DNA of 61,867 nt from Dehalococcoidia bacterium (GCA_034432015.1 DAOUCL010000043.1:1-61867), one strand, 5' to 3'; numbered from the stretch's first letter, positions 8,397 through 18,058 are shown. Made by a program: numbers and translations. Notes: a model not told the origin generated them from the letters alone.

Positions 8397-9872
8397 ATGG
8401 GGGCCCTGGTTGACCTCAGCCTTAAGTTTGTTGGCTACCCCGGCCGGGCGCCGGTTCTGGCCGACCTGGGCTTAAGCCTCGGGCCGGGGGAGGTGGTGGG
8501 CATCGTCGGGCCCACCGAGTCCGGCAAGACCACCCTGGCATACCTTTTGGCCGGCCTCATCCCCGGGGCGGTTCCGGGGCGGGCCTCGGGCCGGCTCGTA
8601 ATCGCCGGCCGGGCCTGGGACTTTAACCGCCCCCCGGACCGCCGAGAATGGCTCGGGCAGGTGGGCCTGGTCCTGGCGGAGCCGTACTTCCAGCTCAGCG
8701 GGGCCGCCGACACCGTCGCCGAGGAGGTGGGCTTTCCCCTGGAAAACCTGGGGCTCAGGCCCGAGGAGGTAAAGGCCCGGGTGGCCGGGCTTCTGGAAAG
8801 GTTCGGGCTTGGGCTTCTGGCCGACCGCTCCCCTTTTCAGCTTTCGGTGGGGCAGCAGCAGCGGGTAGTCCTGGGGGCCACCTGGGCCCCCGGGCCGAAG
8901 GTGCTGGTCCTCGACGACGCCTTCGAACACCTGGACGGGGCCGGGTGGGCGGCCTTGCGGCAACTTTTAACCGAGGGAAAGGCCGCGGGCAAAGCCGCCA
9001 TCCTCCTGAGCGGCCGGCTTCGGCGCCTGGAAGGATTGGCCGACCGGCTCCTTCGGCTGGAAGGGGGCCGCCTCTACCCCGGTCCCCCGCCCCGGCCCGG
9101 CGACGGGCCGAATCCCGGGCCCCGAACCGAGCCGGGGCCGCCGGTCGTGGAGGTCGAGGAACTCTGGGCCGGCTACTCGCCCGGGGAGACGGTCTTAGCC
9201 GGGGTATCTTTTCGGGTCCGGGCCGGGGAAGCCCTCGCCCTGGTGGGGCCCAACGGGGCCGGCAAGTCCACATTGCTTTTGGCCCTGCTGGGGCTCCTTC
9301 GGCCCCGGGCGGGGCGGGTGAGGATTTTCGGCCTGGACGCCGGTCGGGAGGCCCCCTGGCGTCTGGCCCGGCTCATCGGCTACCTGCCCCAGAATCCGGC
9401 CGAAGGCCTCTTCGGGCCGACGGTCTGGGACGACGTCGCCTTCGGCCCCCGAAATCTGGGGCTCCCGGCCGGGGAAGTGCGACGGCGGGCCGAGGCCTCC
9501 CTTTCGGCCGTCGGCCTCGGCGACCGGGCCGGCCGCCATCCCCTCGACCTGAGCCCGGGCTGGCGGCGGCTGGTTGCCCTGGCCTCCATCCTGGCCTTAG
9601 AAACCCCCATTCTGGCCTTGGACGAGCCGACGGTGGGCCTCGACGACGGCCTCTACGGCCGCCTGGTGGGGTTACTGGGGCGGCTTAAAGGGGCGGGCCG
9701 AACCTTGCTTCTGGTCTCCCAGGACCTGGAGTTCGTCGGGCAGGTGGCCGACCGGGTGGTCTTTCTGGCCGGGGGGCGGCTGGTGGGTGAGGGTTCGGCC
9801 CGGGCCGTCCTCAGCGAAACACCGCCTGCTGAAGGCCGTCCCCCACCAGATTCACCGCCAGGGCCGTTATAA
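8397..9872 (+). CDS. ECF/ABC transporter ATP-binding protein with two fused ATPase domains (YkoD-like)
   Basis: Two Walker A sites (GPTESGKTT, GPNGAGKST), two signature-like motifs (LSVGQQQR, LSPGWRR) and two Walker B sites (LVLDDA, LALDEP). Confidence 0.85.
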   Translation: MGALVDLSLKFVGYPGRAPVLADLGLSLGPGEVVGIVGPTESGKTTLAYLLAGLIPGAVPGRASGRLVIAGRAWDFNRPPDRREWLGQVGLVLAEPYFQLSGAADTVAEEVGFPLENLGLRPEEVKARVAGLLERFGLGLLADRSPFQLSVGQQQRVVLGATWAPGPKVLVLDDAFEHLDGAGWAALRQLLTEGKAAGKAAILLSGRLRRLEGLADRLLRLEGGRLYPGPPPRPGDGPNPGPRTEPGPPVVEVEELWAGYSPGETVLAGVSFRVRAGEALALVGPNGAGKSTLLLALLGLLRPRAGRVRIFGLDAGREAPWRLARLIGYLPQNPAEGLFGPTVWDDVAFGPRNLGLPAGEVRRRAEASLSAVGLGDRAGRHPLDLSPGWRRLVALASILALETPILALDEPTVGLDDGLYGRLVGLLGRLKGAGRTLLLVSQDLEFVGQVADRVVFLAGGRLVGEGSARAVLSETPPAEGRPPPDSPPGPL

Positions 9873-10689
9873 GGATCACCAGGCCGGGAAAGAGGGGTAT
9901 CCACCAGGCCCCCGAAAGGGCGGCCACCTGGCCGTCCGTCAGCATATTGCCCCAGGAGGCCTCGAAGGGCGGTACCCCCAGGCCCAGAAAGCTCAGGGCG
10001 GCCTCGATTAAGACGGCGTCGGCCACCCCTAGGGTGGCAAAGACGATAACCGGGCCGGCCACATTGGGAAGAAGGTGGCGGCCGATGATGCGGCCGGTGG
10101 GCAACCCCAGGGCCCGGGCGGCCAGGATAAACTCCCGCTCCCGCAGGCTCAAAACCTGGCCCCGCACGATGCGGGCCAGGCCCAGCCAGGTGGTCAGGCC
10201 AATGATGCCGACCACGTTCCAGACGGAGGGGGGAAGGAGGGACTGGACAGCCACCAGGATAAAGAAGGTGGGCATTGAAAGGAGGGCATCCACCGTCCGG
10301 GAAAGGACCGCATCCACCCAGCCGCCGAAATAGCCGGCCGCCAGCCCCACCAGGGTTCCCAGGAAGGTGGCCAGGAGCACGGCGGCGGCCGCCACGAAGA
10401 GGGAGACCCGGGCCCCGAAAAGGAGGCGGCTGGCGATATCCCGGCCCAGGCGGTCGGTTCCCAGGGGGTGTTCGGGACTGGGGGGCCGCGCCCGGGCGGC
10501 CAGGTCGATGTAGTCGGGGGGATAGGGGGCAAGCACCGGGGCCAGGAGGGCCAGCAGGACCACGACGCCCAGCACCAGCCCGGCCAGGAAGGCCGTCCGG
10601 TGGCGGACGAAGGCCCGGCCGGTGCGCACCCACGGGCTCTCGGCCTTTAAAGGGGTGTCGGGCCTGGGCGGCAGGGTTTGGGCCTTCAC
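9811..10689 (-). CDS. ABC peptide/nickel transporter permease (DppC/OppC type)
   Basis: BPD_transp_1 core with a typical OppC-like N-terminus. It overlaps the upstream permease stop by 4 nt. Confidence 0.85.
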   Translation of the reverse strand: MKAQTLPPRPDTPLKAESPWVRTGRAFVRHRTAFLAGLVLGVVVLLALLAPVLAPYPPDYIDLAARARPPSPEHPLGTDRLGRDIASRLLFGARVSLFVAAAAVLLATFLGTLVGLAAGYFGGWVDAVLSRTVDALLSMPTFFILVAVQSLLPPSVWNVVGIIGLTTWLGLARIVRGQVLSLREREFILAARALGLPTGRIIGRHLLPNVAGPVIVFATLGVADAVLIEAALSFLGLGVPPFEASWGNMLTDGQVAALSGAWWIPLFPGLVILITALAVNLVGDGLQQAVFR

Positions 10690-11645
10690 CGGCTCTTCCC
10701 GTAGCGGATTCTCGGGTCGGCCACCCCGTAGGCCAGGTCGGCCAGGAGGCTCCCCAAAATGACCAGCGCCCCCACCAGCACGACCTCCCCCATAAGCACC
10801 GGGTAATTCCGGGCAAAGGCCGCCTCCACCAGCAGCCGACCCATCCCGGGCCAGCTGAAAAGGGTTTCGACCACCACCGACCCGCCCACCAGCCGGGGAA
10901 TAAAGAGGCCGACCAGGGTGATGGCCGGCAGGGCGGCGTTCCGAAAGGCGTGGTCCAGGACGACCCGGTACTCGGGCAGGCCCTTGGCCCGGGCCAGCCG
11001 AATATAGTCCTGGCCAAGCACCTCGACCATTCCCGCCCGGGTGTAGCGGATGAGACTGGCCATCTCCCGGAGGGAGAGGACAAAGGCCGGCAGGATCAGG
11101 TGGCTGAGCCGGTCGGCCAGGGAGGTAGGCCCCCGGACGGACTGCATTCCGGCCGAAGGAAGCCAGCCGAGCCAGACGGAGAAAATCAAAACCAAAATGA
11201 GGCCCAGCCAGAAGTTAGGGGCCGAATAAAGGACCGTCGAAACTGTGGTTACGGCGTAATCGAGCCGGGAGAGGGGCCGCAGGGCGGATACTATCCCGAC
11301 GGTGATGCCCACCACCAGGGCGATGGCCAGGGCCGACGCCGTCAGGTAAAGGGTTGCGGGCAGCCGCTCCAAGATAACGTCCCGCACCGGCCGGCCGTCG
11401 GCAAAGGAGCGGCCGAAGTCGAGCTGAACAAAGCGGCCCAGCCAACGCAGATACTGGAGGGGCAATGGGTCCTCCAGGCCCCAGGCCGTCCGAACGGCCT
11501 TAAGCTCCTCGGCCGAGAGGTCGGGACCGTAAAGGAGGGCCGCCGGGTCGCCGGGGGCCAGGTGCAAAAGTCCAAAGGCCAGGATACTTACCAGCAGGAG
11601 CACGAAGAGCCCCTGGCCCATTCGGGCGATGAGGTAGCCGGTCAC
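10686..11645 (-). CDS. ABC peptide/nickel transporter permease (DppB/OppB type)
   Basis: The N-terminus MTGYLIARMGQGLFVLLLVSILAFGLLHLAPGDP is diagnostic of DppB/OppB. Confidence 0.85.
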   Translation of the reverse strand: MTGYLIARMGQGLFVLLLVSILAFGLLHLAPGDPAALLYGPDLSAEELKAVRTAWGLEDPLPLQYLRWLGRFVQLDFGRSFADGRPVRDVILERLPATLYLTASALAIALVVGITVGIVSALRPLSRLDYAVTTVSTVLYSAPNFWLGLILVLIFSVWLGWLPSAGMQSVRGPTSLADRLSHLILPAFVLSLREMASLIRYTRAGMVEVLGQDYIRLARAKGLPEYRVVLDHAFRNAALPAITLVGLFIPRLVGGSVVVETLFSWPGMGRLLVEAAFARNYPVLMGEVVLVGALVILGSLLADLAYGVADPRIRYGKSR

Positions 11646-11687
11646 CGGTGCCCCGTCCCGGCGATTCTAACCCCAAAGGTTTAAGGT

Positions 11688-12500
11688 TTAGCGGCCCTTC
11701 CAGCGGGGGCGGCGCTTTTCCAGAAAGGCCCGAACCCCCTCCCGGAAATCCTCGCTCATATAGCAGGCCAGGATAAGGTCCTCGCTTTCCGGGGGCCGAC
11801 GGTGCTCCAGGATGCGCCGGATGGCCTCTTTGGTGACCTTGAGGGTGATGGGGGCGTGTTCGGCCAGGGTAAGGCCCAGCCGCTCCCCCCGCTGCTCCAG
11901 TTCGTCGGCGGGGACGACCTCGTTGGCCAGGCCGATCCTTAAAGCCTCCTCGGCGTCCACCATCTCAGCGGTAAAGATAATATATTTGGCCCGGGACGGC
12001 CCGACCAGGTCCACCAGCCGGGCGTAGTTGGCCATGCTCAAACAGTTACCCAGGGTCCGGGCGATGGGGATGCCGAACTTGGCGTCGGGGGCGCAGATGC
12101 GCAGGTCGCAGGCCATGGCGATGGCTGCCCCGCCCCCGACGGCATAGCCCCGGATGAGGGCGATGGTAGGTTTCTTTACGGCCTCAAGGCGGCCGATGAT
12201 ATTGTTCATCCGGGCCTCGTAATCGATGGCGTCCTGAGGACTTTCAAACTGCGTAAACTGGCTTATATCCGTCCCGGCGATAAAGGCTTTATCCCCGGCC
12301 CCCTTAAGCAAAAAGGCTTTTATATCGTCGTTTTTATCCACCCATTCGCAGGCCCGGACCAGCCCGTCGTACATGGCCCAGGTCATGGCATTGCGGGCCT
12401 CAGGCCGGTTAAACGTAAGCCAGGCCAGGGGCGCATCTACTTCGAAAATGAGCTCCTCCGTCCCCAGGTCAACGATTTTGCCCCGGTTTGAAGTGCTCAT
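11688..12500 (-). CDS. enoyl-CoA hydratase/isomerase (crotonase) family protein
   Basis: FIAGTDI...GYAVGGGAAIAMACDLRI oxyanion-hole motifs. Confidence 0.85.
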   Translation of the reverse strand: MSTSNRGKIVDLGTEELIFEVDAPLAWLTFNRPEARNAMTWAMYDGLVRACEWVDKNDDIKAFLLKGAGDKAFIAGTDISQFTQFESPQDAIDYEARMNNIIGRLEAVKKPTIALIRGYAVGGGAAIAMACDLRICAPDAKFGIPIARTLGNCLSMANYARLVDLVGPSRAKYIIFTAEMVDAEEALRIGLANEVVPADELEQRGERLGLTLAEHAPITLKVTKEAIRRILEHRRPPESEDLILACYMSEDFREGVRAFLEKRRPRWKGR

Positions 12501-12505
12501 CTGCG

Positions 12506-13747
12506 TTACTCCGCCGCCCGATTAAGGCCAGATGGGGCCCGCACCGGCCCGATAACCCCTTCGGCCTCCAGCCGGGCAATCTCTTCGGGCCCGAACCCCA
12601 GCTCTTTTAAAACCTCGGCGTTATGCTCCCCCAGGAGGGGACCGGCCCGCTCCAACCGGACCGGGGTTCGGGAAAAGTGGAGGGGCGAGCCCGTCACCCG
12701 AACCCGGCCGAGGGTGGGGTGGGGCAGGTCGACGATAAAGCCCCGGGCCTTAAGGTGCTCGTCGGCAACCACCCGGTCGATGGTGTTAATTATCCCGCAG
12801 GGGATCCCCGCCTCTTCAAAGCGGCGGTACCAGTATTCGCTCGTCTGGGTGGAGGTTACCCCCTCGATGATTTCGGCGAGGATCTTTTCGTTGGCCTTCC
12901 GGGCGGCCAGGGTGGCAAACCGGGGGTCCTTTTCAAGGTGCGCCAGGCCCAGGACCTGGCAGAAAATGGTCCAGTGGCGGGGGGTGGTGGCCCCGACGGT
13001 AATATAACCGTCGGCGGTCCGAAAGGCCTGGTAGGGGGCGCTCACCCGGTGGGCGGAGCCCAGGGGGCCGGGAACCTCGCCCGTGGCAAAGTAGCTGGCC
13101 GTCTCCCAGACCTCCAGGGCGACGGCCGCCTCCAGAAGGCTTAGGTCGATATACTGGCCCTGGCCCGTCCGACCCCGGGCGATCAGCGCGGCCTGGATGG
13201 CGTTGGCCGCAAAGAGGGCCGCCGTCAGGTCGGCAATCGGAACGCCGACCTTAACAGGGGGGCGGCCCGGCTCGCCGGTGATGCTCATCAGGCCCGACAT
13301 CCCCTGGATGATAAGGTCCAGCCCCGGACGGCGGCTGTACGGCCCCGTCTGGCCGTAGCCGGAAACCGCGCAGTAGACCAGGCCGGGGTTACGGGCGGTT
13401 AGGGTCTCGTAGTCAATCCCCAGGTCCCTGGTGGTGCCGGGCCGGAAGTTTTCGACGACCACATCGGCCCGTTCGGCCAGGCGCAGAAAGATCTGCCGAC
13501 CCTCAGGGTGCTTCAGGTTGAGGGCCAGGCTGCGCTTGTTCCGGTTCAGGGCAATAAACCCGGCGCTTTCCCCGTCCAAAAAGGGGGGAGTAGCCCGGCT
13601 GTGGTCGCCGCCTTCGGGGTTCTCGATTTTAATTACGTCGGCCCCCAGGTCGGCCAGCAGCATGGCGCAGTAAGGCCCGGCCATAAAGTTGCCCAGCTCA
13701 AGGACCCGGATTCCGTGCAGGGGTAGCAAAGCTTCAGCTCCGTTCAT
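12506..13747 (-). CDS. CoA-transferase family III (CaiB/BaiF type)
   Basis: GIRVLELGNFMAGPYCAMLLADLGADVIKIE. The start is trimmed to ATG 13747, preceded by GGAGG. Confidence 0.85.
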   Translation of the reverse strand: MNGAEALLPLHGIRVLELGNFMAGPYCAMLLADLGADVIKIENPEGGDHSRATPPFLDGESAGFIALNRNKRSLALNLKHPEGRQIFLRLAERADVVVENFRPGTTRDLGIDYETLTARNPGLVYCAVSGYGQTGPYSRRPGLDLIIQGMSGLMSITGEPGRPPVKVGVPIADLTAALFAANAIQAALIARGRTGQGQYIDLSLLEAAVALEVWETASYFATGEVPGPLGSAHRVSAPYQAFRTADGYITVGATTPRHWTIFCQVLGLAHLEKDPRFATLAARKANEKILAEIIEGVTSTQTSEYWYRRFEEAGIPCGIINTIDRVVADEHLKARGFIVDLPHPTLGRVRVTGSPLHFSRTPVRLERAGPLLGEHNAEVLKELGFGPEEIARLEAEGVIGPVRAPSGLNRAAE

Positions 13748-13994
13748 GCCGACCTCCGGGGAAGATTTTACCCGATCGGATGGGGTCGCCGCCGGCCCCC
13801 GCCCGCCCCTAACCTTGAAAGCGCCGGCGGGCCTCCGCCATTTCGCCCCGAACGGCAGGTTCCAGTAGCCGCACGGCGGCCCGGGGCGGAATCCCCGACC
13901 CATAAAGGAGCAGAACGTACATGATGCCGAAGATGGGCAGGTGGCCTAAAAGCTCCACCGGGGGCAGAAGGGGCACCGTCAGGTTAAAGGGCAC

Positions 13995-14819
13995 CTACAT
14001 TCCCAGGATCACGACCCGAGTAAGGACGCCGGTTATGAGCAGGACGCCGATGGTGGCCTCGGTGATACCGGCCGCGGCCACGAAGAGGTCGTCGTCGAAC
14101 CACTCAAAACCGAAGACCGACCGCATGAAGTTAAAATGGGGATACTGGGCCAGGAAGGCCCGCCCCAGCTCGGGGGCAAGTAGCTTCTCGTCAAAGGCGG
14201 CCACCACCAGGGAAAGACCGGTAAAAATGCGCAGGGCCGCCACCGCCTCGGTTTCATACTGGGAAACCCAGGCCAGCTTCCGGGCCACCCACTCCGGGGG
14301 AACGGTCCGACCCAGGACAAAAAGGGCCACGGCAATGCCCACGTAATGAAGCTGACTTAGCATGGCCAGAGGCGGAAAGAGCAAAAATCCGAGCAAGAAG
14401 GCGACGGCCAAAAGCAAGGCCCCGGCCCGGTCGAAGAGGCCGGTGATAAGCGTAAAGGCCACAAAGACCTGCAGCCCGACCAGGAGCCAGCCGAGCAGGT
14501 TTGGGGGAAGCACCAGCTGGGGAACGAAGAGGTTGCGCTGATAGGCGAACCAGACCAGGCTGATGCCGGTGTGGACGGCCAGCAGGGCGGTGGCGCAGGG
14601 CTCCATGTAAGCCAGGAGGGGCGGGTTGGGCCAATGGGGGCTGCCCACCAGCCGCTGGAGCAGGCGCAACCCGAGGAAGAGAACCAGGCTGGCCCCGATG
14701 ACGGCCAGGGTCGGCCAGGCGGCGATGAGGCCGAAATCCGGCGGCTGAAGGCGCAACCATTCGGGCACAAACCAGCGGACGTGGGCGGCGGCCGTCGAGG
14801 GGAGGGCCGCCACAACCAC
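13995..14819 (-). CDS. polytopic membrane protein of unknown function, ending at an in-frame TAG followed by 61 more open codons (13809-13994)
   Basis: Multiple hydrophobic helices. The next ORF on the track starts at the codon immediately after the TAG, in the same frame. See findings. Confidence 0.6.
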   Translation of the reverse strand: MVVAALPSTAAAHVRWFVPEWLRLQPPDFGLIAAWPTLAVIGASLVLFLGLRLLQRLVGSPHWPNPPLLAYMEPCATALLAVHTGISLVWFAYQRNLFVPQLVLPPNLLGWLLVGLQVFVAFTLITGLFDRAGALLLAVAFLLGFLLFPPLAMLSQLHYVGIAVALFVLGRTVPPEWVARKLAWVSQYETEAVAALRIFTGLSLVVAAFDEKLLAPELGRAFLAQYPHFNFMRSVFGFEWFDDDLFVAAAGITEATIGVLLITGVLTRVVILGM

Positions 14820-14890
14820 CAGCCAGAGGACCCTGCGTAAAAACTTTCCCCTCAGCCCGTTCCTCCCAAGGGTAGGCGGTTAACCCCGGT

Positions 14891-15739
14891 TTAGCCTTTG
14901 ACGGCCCCGGCGGTAAGCCCGGCTACGAAATATTCTACGAAGAATGAGTAAATCAGGGCCACCGGAACTGAACCCAAAAGGGCCCCGGCCATCAGGCTTC
15001 CCCAGAAGAATACATCTCCCCGGATTAGCTCCGAGGTCACCCCCACCGGGACGGTCTTGTTGGCGGGGTCGGAGATGAAGACCAGGGCGTAGATAAACTC
15101 GTTCCAGGAGAGGGTGAAGGAGAAGATTCCCACCGAAAGGATCCCGGGGATGGCCAGGGGCAGGGCGACCTTTATCAGGGCCTGGACTCGGGTGGCCCCG
15201 TCCACCAGGGCTGATTCCTCCAGGTCTTTGGGGATGGACCGAAAGTAGCCGATAAGGAGCCAGGAGCCGAAGGGGACCAGGAAGGTCGGGTAGGTAAGCA
15301 CCAGCGACCAGAGGGTGTTGGCCAGGCCGAGCCAGTTGATCACCTGGGCCAGGGGCAGAAAGAGCAGGGTTTGGGGAACCAGGTAGGTGACGAAAATGGC
15401 CCAGCCCAGGAGGGTTCCCCCCGGGAATCGAAACCGGGCCAGGGCGTAGCCGGCCGGGACCGACAAGGCCAAAGAAATCGCCGTCGAAAGGGTGGCCACC
15501 ACCGTGGTGTTCAACATCCAGTGGGCAAAGAGGGTTCGCTCAAACAGGTACCGGTAGTGGTCCAAGGTCGGCCGGAGCACGATAAAAGGATTACCCTTCA
15601 CGTCGAAAAGCTCGGCATTAGGCTTAATTGATGTTATTCCCATCCAGTAGAAAGGAAAAAGCAAAACTACTAAGGTTACGACCACGGGGATGTAGATACT
15701 GATAAAGCGGTCCAGAACCGCGGCCGGCTTGGGGGCCAT
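14891..15739 (-). CDS. carbohydrate ABC transporter permease (MalG/UgpE-like)
   Basis: BPD_transp_1 EAA region (ESALVDGATRVQAL). Confidence 0.85.
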   Translation of the reverse strand: MAPKPAAVLDRFISIYIPVVVTLVVLLFPFYWMGITSIKPNAELFDVKGNPFIVLRPTLDHYRYLFERTLFAHWMLNTTVVATLSTAISLALSVPAGYALARFRFPGGTLLGWAIFVTYLVPQTLLFLPLAQVINWLGLANTLWSLVLTYPTFLVPFGSWLLIGYFRSIPKDLEESALVDGATRVQALIKVALPLAIPGILSVGIFSFTLSWNEFIYALVFISDPANKTVPVGVTSELIRGDVFFWGSLMAGALLGSVPVALIYSFFVEYFVAGLTAGAVKG

Positions 15740-15740
15740 C

Positions 15741-16685
15741 TCAGTCCAGCTCCTGCCTGCGCATATACCAGAGGATAAGAAATACCGTCACGCACAAGGC
15801 GGGGAAGATGAAAAGGGAGATGGCCGCGCCCCGGCCGATCTCCCCCGAAGGCAGTCCCACCTGGTAGGCCAGGGTGGCAAATAGGTGGGTGCTGTTGGCC
15901 GGTCCACCCCGGGTCAGTACGTAAATAAGCTGAAAGTCCGAAAAGGTTAGAATGACCGAGAGCAAAAGCACAATGGTAATTACCGACTTAAGGAGGGGGA
16001 GGGTGATGTGGCGAAACATCTGCCAGCGGCTGGCCCCGTCGATGGCGGCCGCCTCATAAAGCTCCTGGTTTATGGTCTGCATGCCGGCCAGAAAACTTAT
16101 GGCGTAGAAGGGGGTGCCCCGCCAGATGTTAACAACCATTAGCGAAATCATCGGCCAGGGGTTGTTACCCAGCCAGACGGGGCCCTTTATGCCGAAGCGG
16201 GCCAGCACCCAGTTAAGGACGCTAAAAGTCGAATCGAACATCCAGAGCCAGGCTAGGGCGCTCAGAACCGTAGGCACGATCCAGGGCAGAAGCACCGCCG
16301 CCCGAACGAACCGCTTTAACGGAAAGCTGTTGTTAAGCAGGACAGCTATGGCCAGGCCGAAGATGAGCTTAAAAACGGTGGTGACACCGGTGTAAAGAAA
16401 GGTGTTGCGGAAGGTCTGCTGAAAGATAGAATCCTGGGTAAGCTCGATGAAATTTCTAAGGCCCACGAACTCGCCGGGGACGCCAATACGGCTGTCGGTC
16501 AGGGCAAGCCAGATTCCGTAAAGAAAGGGGTAAAGGACGAAGACCGTGAGCAGGGCGAGGGCCGGGAGCATGAGCAGGTAGCCCAGGACCCCCTCCCGCT
16601 CGAGGAGGATTCCCAGACGCCAGACCTTGGGCGGCCGCCTAACTACGGCCGCTGGGGATTCAGCAAGGACGCCCTTTTTGGCCAC
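15741..16685 (-). CDS. carbohydrate ABC transporter permease (MalF/UgpA-like)
   Basis: EAA region (YEAAAIDGASRWQMF). Confidence 0.85.
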   Translation of the reverse strand: MAKKGVLAESPAAVVRRPPKVWRLGILLEREGVLGYLLMLPALALLTVFVLYPFLYGIWLALTDSRIGVPGEFVGLRNFIELTQDSIFQQTFRNTFLYTGVTTVFKLIFGLAIAVLLNNSFPLKRFVRAAVLLPWIVPTVLSALAWLWMFDSTFSVLNWVLARFGIKGPVWLGNNPWPMISLMVVNIWRGTPFYAISFLAGMQTINQELYEAAAIDGASRWQMFRHITLPLLKSVITIVLLLSVILTFSDFQLIYVLTRGGPANSTHLFATLAYQVGLPSGEIGRGAAISLFIFPALCVTVFLILWYMRRQELD

Positions 16686-16728
16686 GAAAATAACCCGCTA
16701 AAAAGAGGCCGGAGATGCCGGCCTAAAT

Positions 16729-18058
16729 TTACGAGCGGCCGTAAATTTGGCGGAGCTGACCGGCCGCCCACTTGACGGCGTCGGCCGGCTTTAGCTCCCG
16801 GGAGACGGCCTTGGCGAAAAGGTCGACGATTATATAAGCCTCCCGCGCCTGGGCCGCCTTAGCCGTGGGCGGCCCAGGCCAGCCCGGCCACCGGCCCGAG
16901 CCGTTAACTACCACGTCCCGGAAGGCCTTAATCTTCGGGTCTTTGTTCCAGACCGGGTCGTTTTCCGAGTACTTAAAGGGGGCGAACTCGTAGGCTAGGC
17001 CCACGTCTACCCACTTCGAGTACTGTTGGGGGTCCATAAGGTACAGAATAAGGTCTTTGGCTGCCTGGATATTTTTAGAATAAGACATAATTCCCAGGCT
17101 AAAAAGGGCGTGGAGGGAGAACTGGCCGGCGGGCCCCCTAGGGTGGACGAAGTGGTCTGAGACCTCGGCAATCTTCGGAAAATCCCGCTTGGCCACGAAG
17201 TAAATGCTGGCCCCGTTCAGGGTGCACGAAATCTGCTCGGCCAAGTAGGCCCGGTTATTGGAGGTGTCATCCCATGAAAGACCGCTCTCATCCAGGGCGC
17301 CGTAAAAGAGCTCAATGGCCTTTTCCACCGCCAGGAGGGTTGCGTCGCTCTCCAGGGCAACCGTCTTGCCGTCCTCAAGCACCTCTTTGCCGCCCCAGGC
17401 CCAGAGCCACGGATACCAGAAGCTGGGCGGGTCCCCGTAGGAGTGGCCCAAAGCCTGGCCGAAAGGTTTGCCGTAAGCTTTAAGTTTTTTGCCTTCCTGG
17501 ATAAACTCGTCCCAGGTAGTTGGAATCTGGGCGTTGGCAGCCTTAAAGTAATCGATTCGGTAGACAAAAGCGCCCGGATTAACGCTCCAGGGGATCGCCC
17601 GCCAGACGCCGTTGACTTTGTTATAAGCCTCCGCGTCCGGGTAGATCCCGCCCAGCCGCTTAATAAGCTCTTCAACTTCTTTGGAGACGTCCACGAGGGC
17701 GTTCTCGTAGATCCAGGGCCAGCCCTGCGTCCAGCGGATCACATCCGGGCCCGAGCCCGACTGGATTGCGGCCGCAATCCGGGCGGGGGTGTCGTTGTAA
17801 GCGATGTGTTCGACCCTGACTTCAACGTTGTTTTTGCGGCCCCACTCCTGGGCCATCTGGTCCAGAAGCTTATCCTGCTCCTGAACGAAGCTTGACTGCC
17901 AGAGCACCAGAAGCTGGGTCGGCCGCCCCTGGACGGCCGGAGCCTGTTGGCCGGCCGGTTGGGTTGGGGGCACACGCCGCCGCCAGGGCCCCGGCCCCCG
18001 CCAAGGCTCCGCCCAGAAATTCCCGGCGGGTTATCGCTTTACGCCACGGCTTGCTCAT
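16729..18058 (-). pseudogene. family-1 sugar ABC substrate-binding lipoprotein, apparently split by a 1-nt frameshift near 17966-17970
   Basis: ORF 17870-18058 encodes only a twin-arginine/lipobox-like signal (RREFLGGALAGAGALAAAC). ORF 16729-17973, in a different frame, encodes the mature SBP (LLVLWQSSF...) with no signal peptide. Confidence 0.7.

Noticed and set aside
9653-11684. Very long alternative-frame and antisense ORFs rich in Pro/Arg/Gly. Examples: 9653-11083 (-), 10275-11684 (+), 3343-3900 (-), 24166-24936 (-), 29432-30223 (-), 47330-48463 (+), 52718-53938 (+), 55386-56057 (+).
   Set aside because: They overlap genes with clear family motifs, and their translations are low-complexity P/R/G strings. 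That is the usual stop-codon-poor shadow-ORF artefact of a high-GC genome. None has a motif or a plausible RBS.
13995-13997. The in-frame TAG as a pyrrolysine codon.
   Set aside because: Nothing in the window (no pylT/pylS/pylBCD, no methylamine methyltransferase context) supports Pyl decoding, and the host gene is an ordinary membrane protein. A nonsense mutation, a sequencing error or simple read-through are more economical explanations.
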